From positions 419,441 to 483,440 of the forward strand of contig CAVUZH010000022.1 of NCBI GenBank assembly GCA_963745835.1: a stretch of DNA of 64,000 nt, in the 5' to 3' direction. This stretch comes from an uncultured delta proteobacterium. Its GTDB lineage: Bacteria; Desulfobacterota; Binatia; UBA9968. Below the pieces are notes generated by a model. The model was not told the origin of the DNA and made no database searches. It worked only from the letters and a program-made list of their open reading frames with translations. This document shows, one piece after another, positions 57,577 to 64,000 of the stretch; positions within the stretch are counted from its first letter, which is position 1, and each line of letters begins with the position of its first letter. The translations under genes were made by a program, and so were the position numbers.

Positions 57577-59544
57577 CTAGCGACTTTCTCCCGGCACCGC
57601 GGCGTGTTCAAGCAGGATGCGCCGGATCTCTTCGATGGCCTGTGGATTTCCCTGCACCGAGTGACTTGAACGCACCACCAGTTCGGAGACCGCCTCGTCG
57701 ATGTGTGCGCTGGTGTAGGCGACGACTCCGTCATCCCCTTGTTCCTTCGGCCCATCACCCTCTACCGCGATGATCGAGTGCGCCGGAATCCGGGACGAAA
57801 CCGGGATAGACTGCAGGATCTGGAGGCCTGGGTTGCTCGGATTCATGTTGTCGATGGCAGTGGGAGGTCTCCGGAGCACCGCAATTAGCTTCTCGTCACC
57901 AGTCACCATGGCGGCCTGGGCGACCTGGCCGAGCTGGCCGAGCAGCCCCACCGGCAAGGTTACAAGCCAGGCAGCAGTCGCGCCCACCCCACCGGTGGCG
58001 AGTAACGCGCCGTGGTGAGGCGTCGCCACAAACACTACTCTGGCGACAAAAGGAAGAGGCGTGTAGAAGACGGACTGTTGCAGGAGAGCGCGGGTCTCGG
58101 TGTTGACCTCGATAGCATCGAACGGTTTGCTGCTGACGCGGTCCCAGAATCGCGTCCCGCTGTCGATGGCGGTTAACTTCGTCAGAAGCCCCCCTTGGCT
58201 GTGCCCGATCACGACCATGCGCCGGAGCGCGGGGTCTTTCCCCTCGGGATCGAGTTCCTGCAACGTGGTCGTCAGCGCCGCTCGCAGCCGGCCAGCCGAG
58301 TAGGCAATCGGGTTGCCGGTGTCGTAGAGAAAGATCCAGATCTGGAATCGTTGGCGGATGCGTGGATCCCCCTCGAGCTCGTTCACCAGCTCCGCCCACC
58401 GCACGGGGCTCGACAGTGTGCCGTGCACCAGCACCACTGGGATCTTACCGCGGCTGTACGGGTGCAGCATAAACAGACCGTCTTGAGTCCGGTCGCGTGG
58501 CATGCGTTGTGCGAAGACGCCGGCTCTGAGAAAGGCAGCAATCTCCATGGCGTAGAGCGGGCTGTTATCGAGCTGGTATGCTAAGGCTGCTGTCGGGTCG
58601 TATTCCAGAGGCTGCGCCTGTCCATCCACCGATACGGTCGAAGCGTGGTCTGCGGCGTAAACCTCAAGGCGCCCACGGAGCCGCCCGCTGGCCAGGCTCC
58701 CGCGGGCGTCCTGAACACGCAGCAATGCTGTCACCGGCACCTTGATCAGAGGCCCGAGGCGCTTCGATCCGACCACTTTCGCCGACGCCGCGCCCGGCGC
58801 AAGGCTCGCCGCAAGGGATGCCCCGAGGCCGGGATGGAAATAGCGGTTTCTCAGGCCTCGAATCTCGAGTGTCGTCGTTGGGATGAATCGTTCGAGCCGG
58901 TACCCACCCCACGATAACCCGGACTCGTCCAGTGTCAATTCCATAGTGCCGAACGGGAGAGTCCGTGTTCCAGGTTGGAGTCGTACCTCGGCCGTATCAT
59001 CAGTCATAGCGCCGGGCGTGTTTTCTCCGGATCCAGTCAGCCCCTGGGCCAAGCCTTGGTTGTAGAAATCGTACGCCAGCCGCAGTCGGGGATCCGACCG
59101 TTGGAGTTGAGCACCAGCCGCTTCGCCAGGAAAGAGCAACGCCCAGGCATAGACCGCCGAGGCGAGAAAATACTCGCGGTCACCCGTCTGTTGCGCGTTG
59201 AGAAAGGACAGCTCGGCCAGCGCAAATAGGCGATCCTCGTCACCCGCTGGGCTTAATCCACGATGCAGTTCGGCGAGAACCGTCTCCGGTTGCTCCTCGA
59301 ACCGGTCCAGAAGCCCGAGTCGCCTGAGCACCGTCTTGGACGGTTCAGAGGGCTCGCCCGCCGAGAGGGCATTTTCGGTCTGGAGGCGATAGCCGGCCTG
59401 GAGGCCCACCTGTGTCACGCCAACGGGCGTAGCACATCCCACGGAAAGCAGGACGAGCCCGACAAGCGCCAGCATCGGCATCGGCACAATGCTCAGAGAG
59501 ATCTTCGCGCGATTGCGCACACCCCATATCACCAAGTGCAACAT
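57577..59544 (-). CDS. Lipoprotein alpha/beta hydrolase (lipase/esterase-like)
   Basis: Lipobox LSVGC, VLVHG, GHSQGG, ATPHHG, DGVV, H in SSHSVQ; GGAGGAG RBS. Confidence 0.9.
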   Translation of the reverse strand: MLHLVIWGVRNRAKISLSIVPMPMLALVGLVLLSVGCATPVGVTQVGLQAGYRLQTENALSAGEPSEPSKTVLRRLGLLDRFEEQPETVLAELHRGLSPAGDEDRLFALAELSFLNAQQTGDREYFLASAVYAWALLFPGEAAGAQLQRSDPRLRLAYDFYNQGLAQGLTGSGENTPGAMTDDTAEVRLQPGTRTLPFGTMELTLDESGLSWGGYRLERFIPTTTLEIRGLRNRYFHPGLGASLAASLAPGAASAKVVGSKRLGPLIKVPVTALLRVQDARGSLASGRLRGRLEVYAADHASTVSVDGQAQPLEYDPTAALAYQLDNSPLYAMEIAAFLRAGVFAQRMPRDRTQDGLFMLHPYSRGKIPVVLVHGTLSSPVRWAELVNELEGDPRIRQRFQIWIFLYDTGNPIAYSAGRLRAALTTTLQELDPEGKDPALRRMVVIGHSQGGLLTKLTAIDSGTRFWDRVSSKPFDAIEVNTETRALLQQSVFYTPLPFVARVVFVATPHHGALLATGGVGATAAWLVTLPVGLLGQLGQVAQAAMVTGDEKLIAVLRRPPTAIDNMNPSNPGLQILQSIPVSSRIPAHSIIAVEGDGPKEQGDDGVVAYTSAHIDEAVSELVVRSSHSVQGNPQAIEEIRRILLEHAAVPGESR

Positions 59545-59759
59545 AACTCCTCCACGAGAATGAAATGTTGGAGTAGAGGACAATCACCCGTTCTTCTGAG
59601 TCCCGCCAGGTCGGGCGAGCGTTCTTTGTCCACAATGCCTTTAGGACCGGCAACCGTCGCAACCCCAATCGCATCCATCCTCCTGCGTTTTAGTTGTGGG
59701 ACCACTATTCGCTGTGTGTGGATACGTCCATTTCTCTTGGTGTCACATATCAGCGCAGC

Positions 59760-60154
59760 GCGTTGAAATTCGGCCAGACATTATGAGCGAAGAATCAGGT
59801 CTAGGCTTCGGCCAAACTGAGCCGGCGAGACTCGAACCCGGACCCGCTGATTAACAGTCAATGCAGAGCGGACGAAAAACCAATCATAAACAAGAACGCC
59901 CAACCATTTCGAGCCCCGCTTGGTTTTTCTTCCACAATGGAAGGTGTATGTTCTGCCCAGCTTCAGGCACAAAACAAGCACAGCCGCGAAAGTCGGAGGC
60001 AGAACGGTGGATGCTACTATCGTCGGGACTCTCGTGTTCACATGTACGTTCGTGGGTGCGCTCCTCGGAATGAGGTTGGGCACGGCCTTGCCAGAACATT
60101 GGCTCTCTGAGTCGAGTGAAACGGTGAAGGTTGGCATTGGGCTGATTGCCACGA
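59760..60154 (+). repeat. Copy 2 of the ~390-bp duplication
   Basis: See 56007-56398. Confidence 0.95.
59817..59860 (-). other. Degenerate 3' half of tRNA-Asn(GTT), att-like scar (copy 2)
   Basis: TGACTGTTAATCAGCGGGTCCGGGTTCGAGTCTCGCCGGCTCAG. Confidence 0.75.
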
Positions 60155-60771
60155 TAACCGCCCTCGTTCTTGGCCTCGTCACCGCCTCCGCCAAGAATTC
60201 CTTTGATGCTGTGGACACAGCCGTGAAGCAAACCGCCACTCAACTCCTCGCTCTCGACCGCGTACTTGCTCGCTACGGGCCCGAGACCGGCGAGATTCGC
60301 AAGGGCCTGCAGCGCCTGGTTGGGGCGCGAATCGACACGATTTGGGGGCACGGCTCATCCAAGCCAGCCAATCTGGACCCGCTGACCTCGGGCGTCGGGT
60401 TGGCAGCTGAGCGACTCGCGGACGCAGTCCGGGGCCTGAAGCCGCACGACGACTCGCAGCGGGCGCTCCAGGCGCGAGCGCTGGACCTCGCGGAAGCGAT
60501 CTTACAAGCCAGGTGGCTTGCGATGACTGGCACCGGGGCGTCAATTCCTGTGGCGTTCCTTGCGGTCCTCCTGTTTTGGCTCACGATCACATTCACTAGC
60601 TTCGGGTTGTTCGCTCCTCGGAACGCCCTGGTTGTTACGGTCCTCTTCGTTTGCGCGCTGTCTGTTGGCTGCGCCATATTCCTCATATTGGAGATGGATG
60701 GGCCGTTCGACGGCTTGCTCAAGGTCTCCGCCGATGCGTTGCGCTACGCACATGCGCATCTGAATCAGTAG
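60007..60771 (+). CDS. DUF4239 (bestrophin-like) membrane protein
   Basis: GLIAT.TALVLGL..ASAK.SFD, LDR.LA.YGPE, LEMD.PF.GL; GGAGG RBS and GTG start. Confidence 0.85.
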   Translation: MDATIVGTLVFTCTFVGALLGMRLGTALPEHWLSESSETVKVGIGLIATITALVLGLVTASAKNSFDAVDTAVKQTATQLLALDRVLARYGPETGEIRKGLQRLVGARIDTIWGHGSSKPANLDPLTSGVGLAAERLADAVRGLKPHDDSQRALQARALDLAEAILQARWLAMTGTGASIPVAFLAVLLFWLTITFTSFGLFAPRNALVVTVLFVCALSVGCAIFLILEMDGPFDGLLKVSADALRYAHAHLNQ

Positions 60772-60905
60772 GTGCATCACACAATAGGCGCACGCGCCAG
60801 AAAATTTGAGCAAGCCAACAATCTGCCACCGCTATCGCGACTGGAGAACGCACGTTTGTTTTAGAGTCACGTCTAGCGGAGACCCCCCATCGCGCATTCC
60901 GACTC

Positions 60906-61616
60906 TCAATTAATCCAGCCCTGTTCCCGAAATCTAATCTTGAGTTGCTCTGAAATCGCGTCGGCAGTCGCCTTCGCTCTCCCTTCAGGCGTATTGCTAC
61001 CGCTCACCTCGCCATAAGCCCTCGTCGCGCCGACGACGATCAGTCCGATCGGATTGGCGGTCGCAATCGCGACCGCGGCAGGCGCGATAATTCCTGGTGT
61101 CTTGTTTCCGGACGAGCTAAGTGTCTTTGATCCAAGCTGGTGTAACCCCTGGGATGTCATCACATAACTTTCCACGACCGTATCGATCTCCGAACTCCCT
61201 GCGCTGAATCCAATTACAAAGCGCTTGGCCGCACTGCCGGCCTGCACCGAAACCAGGTAACCGCGAATCACGCCGTCGCCAAGTTGCGGCGCGGCTCCTG
61301 GTCTGGCTTGCACTGCGGGAAGACCCATGGCCTTGATATCCGCAACCACGCTTTTCGTGATGATGGCGCTAAGTCTGCGCCCCCCTTCCAGTTCCTCCGA
61401 GGTGAGTGGTGTGCTCGGCGCACTGAGGTCATCCCGTAAAGGGGAATCGGTTGGGATCCTGGCCGGGTCGGTGATGAAGTCGTAAACCAAGATTTGATTC
61501 GGACGGGCAAACTGCGGGCTCGCTGCTGATGTTTGCTGCGTGACCCTGGTCGACGCACATCCGGAAAGCACGGCTAATCCGAAAAGGATTAATATTGCAC
61601 GATAGCGAGCGATCAT
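60906..61616 (-). CDS. DUF4410 domain lipoprotein
   Basis: Lipobox LSGC, P.QILVYDF, G...KRFVIGF.AG, F.EQGWI terminus. Confidence 0.85.
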   Translation of the reverse strand: MIARYRAILILFGLAVLSGCASTRVTQQTSAASPQFARPNQILVYDFITDPARIPTDSPLRDDLSAPSTPLTSEELEGGRRLSAIITKSVVADIKAMGLPAVQARPGAAPQLGDGVIRGYLVSVQAGSAAKRFVIGFSAGSSEIDTVVESYVMTSQGLHQLGSKTLSSSGNKTPGIIAPAAVAIATANPIGLIVVGATRAYGEVSGSNTPEGRAKATADAISEQLKIRFREQGWIN

Positions 61617-61746
61617 AGCGAACCTCCTATTGCGATTCGGTCGGCTTACACCTCAAAAACTTATTCCGTGTCACAAATTGCGCGGCGAGCGTTACCAACG
61701 CTCGTCTGATCTCCGCATGCGGCTGCGCGCGAGGAATCCGGTCCGA

Positions 61747-61923
61747 TTAAAGCGGGAGCTCATTCTCCCATGCGACGTCAAAAAATCTCGGCGTGCCGCT
61801 TCGCGTCTTAATGGAATTCCGCGGGGTAATCTCGCGTGGAATTCTCGTTGCCATCTTCACGTGAGCCTTCGCGGCAAATCCGCTCTTATTTTTAGGAAGC
61901 CTAAGTTCTTTCGGCTTTGTCAT
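61747..61923 (-). CDS. Possible small basic protein (58 aa)
   Basis: GGGAG RBS before ATG 61923; no motif. Confidence 0.3.
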   Translation of the reverse strand: MTKPKELRLPKNKSGFAAKAHVKMATRIPREITPRNSIKTRSGTPRFFDVAWENELPL

Positions 61924-62031
61924 ACTTCTCCCTGGTTGATGCGTCGCGTCACAAAAGCAGCTTGATCTGTGCATCGCGTTTGCGTTCAACTTGGCCTCGC
62001 GACCGTATGACTCAGTTCCCATTTCCGTAAT

Positions 62032-63054
62032 TCAAAATGCCGCGATTCGTTCAATCAGCCAGAACATGGCCGTGCCGCCGATCGCATAGGGCGGCAGCAG
62101 TCGCAGCACGGCGGATTGATTTGATTGGAGTGCCGGCAAGCGCAGCCATTGCATCGCTCGGCGGCCGAGAGCCATCAATGCGAACACCACCGCGATAAAG
62201 CCGAAATGACCGACCTCGACACCGATACTGAACAGCAGCAACGCGAGCGGGATATGTCCTTCCGGCAATCCCACCTCGCTCAATCCGCCGGCGAATCCCA
62301 GCCCGTGCAGTAATCCGAACGAAAATGCGACGAGCCACGGCTGACGCTCTGTCAGACTGGGCTGTGTGGACGCGGACCTGCCGCGGCTGCGGAGAATTTC
62401 TTTGGCGACAAAGACGATGCTCAAGGCAATCACCGCTTCCACCGGCGGCGAGGGAACATGAACAAAACCGAGCGTGGCCAACGCCAGGGTAACGCTGTGC
62501 GCGACCGTAAATGCGCTCACGGTTTTGACCAGCCGGCCGAATCCGCGCACCAGCAGCAGCAGGCCGAGCACGAACAGCAGATGGTCCACGCCGGTTAAAA
62601 TGTGCTCGATGCCGAGAACGAGATAGGTGCGGACGATTTCCATCCGGCTAGGCGCGGCTTCGACAACGAATGAGGAAGTCGCCGGCGTGAGACGGGTGAT
62701 CTGGGTCGAGCCTTCGACTCGCTCGATGCGCACCAAAACGTCGGTCAGTGTCGCCGAAAGGCCGGCGATGCGGATCGTGCCGCCGCTCAAACCTCCCGCG
62801 CATTGGACACGCCAACGCTCGGTATAAGCGTTGGCGGCGAAAGCGCCGCGCGGTTGCGTCAGGTTTGAGCAGCTCTCCGGCAGTTGCACATAAAGTCCCA
62901 GGCGCAGATCTTCTCCCTGCCCCGGCACTTTCCACAAGATGTCGTAAGTTTCAGCGCCGGTCTGACGCAGCTCCAGATAAGCCGGCCGCACTTCGTGGGC
63001 GAACAGAGGAAATCCGGAAAAAAGAAATAGAAGTAAACACACGGAGTGGGACAT
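62032..63054 (-). CDS. HupE/UreJ family membrane protein
   Basis: AHEVRPAYLE, GIEHILTGVDHLLF, AFTVAHSVTL, FGLLHGLGFA. Confidence 0.93.
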   Translation of the reverse strand: MSHSVCLLLFLFSGFPLFAHEVRPAYLELRQTGAETYDILWKVPGQGEDLRLGLYVQLPESCSNLTQPRGAFAANAYTERWRVQCAGGLSGGTIRIAGLSATLTDVLVRIERVEGSTQITRLTPATSSFVVEAAPSRMEIVRTYLVLGIEHILTGVDHLLFVLGLLLLVRGFGRLVKTVSAFTVAHSVTLALATLGFVHVPSPPVEAVIALSIVFVAKEILRSRGRSASTQPSLTERQPWLVAFSFGLLHGLGFAGGLSEVGLPEGHIPLALLLFSIGVEVGHFGFIAVVFALMALGRRAMQWLRLPALQSNQSAVLRLLPPYAIGGTAMFWLIERIAAF

Positions 63055-63105
63055 GCGAGAGCGCGGACGACACTCGACACCCGACACTCGTGGCACGCCG
63101 ATTGT

Positions 63106-63999
63106 TCATTGTCGCGCCTCGGCGACTTGTTTTCCGTCTGCGCTTTTCGCAACTTCCGGCCGCTCGATAGTCACGGTGTATCGTTGCAGCAGGGTTTGAT
63201 AGAACTTTTCGTTCGCTTCCATCCGGCGCGCGTTGGTCCATTCGCGCCGCACCGCGGCGCGCACGTCTTCCAGCGCCGGCAGCGAGCCGTCGGTGCGCTC
63301 GCTTAACAAAACCAGATGCACGCCGAAGCCGGACTCGATCGGCCCCTGCCATTGTCCCGTTGTCATCTCACCGAGCGACGCTGCAAACTTCTCGCCGAAT
63401 TGTTTCACCACTTCGCTCGCCGGCAGCGCCTTGAACTCGTTCTCGAGCAGGAGAGAGTCGCCTAGCGTTGCAGGATCAACTTTGCTGCCAGGACGACCGA
63501 GCTGCGCGAGCACCTGCGCCGCATCGCGGCTGAGATTGGTGCCGCGTCGCTGCGGGTCGAGATACACCTGGCTGAAGGTAAACCGGTGGTCCCCGCGAAA
63601 CGCGTCGGGGTGTGCTTTCAAGTACGCTTGCAATTGTTCATCGGTGGGCTCGGCGTGGGCGAAGACGTCTTCGGAGATGAACTCGAGCTTCTGGCGCAGC
63701 CGGCGGCGGATGATCGTGTCGTCCCTATCGAGACCTAGGGCGACCGCTTCGCGCGCGAAAACTTCTTCGCGAACGTAGTCGCGGATCAAGCCTTCCAATT
63801 CGCTCCCTGTCGGCGGCCGCCGCCAGGTACGGCTGAACGCGGTTTCGAGCGACTCGATTCGGGCCTGAGTGATGAGAATCTTGCCCGGTTGGCTGGTCTC
63901 GCGAGCAATGAATTTGAACGCCACGAAGATCAACGCGCCGAGCAGCAGAAAGTGGAGGAGCGGTTCGCGCACCAGATTCTTCACGAGATTGGATTCCAT
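63106..63999 (-). CDS. Parvulin-type (Rotamase_2) peptidylprolyl isomerase
   Basis: REPLLHF, REEV..REA..LGLD.DD.IIRRRL.QK, W.GPIESGFG.HLV. Confidence 0.92.
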   Translation of the reverse strand: MESNLVKNLVREPLLHFLLLGALIFVAFKFIARETSQPGKILITQARIESLETAFSRTWRRPPTGSELEGLIRDYVREEVFAREAVALGLDRDDTIIRRRLRQKLEFISEDVFAHAEPTDEQLQAYLKAHPDAFRGDHRFTFSQVYLDPQRRGTNLSRDAAQVLAQLGRPGSKVDPATLGDSLLLENEFKALPASEVVKQFGEKFAASLGEMTTGQWQGPIESGFGVHLVLLSERTDGSLPALEDVRAAVRREWTNARRMEANEKFYQTLLQRYTVTIERPEVAKSADGKQVAEARQ

Positions 64000-64000
64000 G

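Noticed and set aside
56058-59860. Functional tRNA-Asn genes
   Set aside because: The 5' acceptor strand and D-arm are absent and the T-stem is mispaired.
59942-59980. GG-N10-GC matches upstream of DUF4239 (AGGTGTATGTTCTGCC, AGGCACAAAACAAGCA)
   Set aside because: They lack TGG and TTGC, so they are too weak to count.
255-63778. Numerous antisense or nested ORFs in the six-frame track
   Set aside because: They are shadow ORFs of real genes in GC-rich DNA, without motifs or RBS.

Overview
A 64-kb bacterial chromosomal window, probably from Candidatus Binatia or a related deltaproteobacterial soil lineage. That taxonomy is an inference from gene style and an 'AEAQQP' signal-peptide stub. Positions ~1-47.8 kb form a dense stress/dormancy gene cluster: sugar-nucleotide epimerases, DUF3182 ATP-grasp plus hydrolase, YihY, the DUF3618/holin-like/ElaB-type membrane triplet, GT4 plus glycogen-debranching enzyme, a HAD hydrolase, topoisomerase IB, GH13, PRTase/erythromycin-esterase/DLH, PRC-barrel, RecQ, PLD, CsbD, a metallophosphoesterase-nucleotidyltransferase pair, DUF3309, a DksA/TraR-like protein, ASRT, two histidine kinases and two stand-alone receivers. 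The strongest non-obvious signal is 17 intergenic copies of a sigma54-type -24/-12 promoter (TGG-N8-TTGC, mostly TGGCAT...). Each points into the adjacent transcription unit, so a general-stress-type gene set appears to be wired to sigma54 rather than sigmaB/RpoS/EcfG. Four Cys-rich zinc-binding microproteins (two below the ORF-track cutoff) and several pseudogene or deletion scars are interspersed. From ~48 kb the window holds tamAB, an OprB porin, and an accessory segment with a ~390-bp duplication carrying a degenerate tRNA-Asn 3' half (att-like scar). It ends with outer-membrane/lipoprotein genes and HupE/UreJ plus PPIase. I found no rRNA, intact tRNA, CRISPR array, integrase or transposase. 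Family names come from recognised motifs and recollection, not from database searches.
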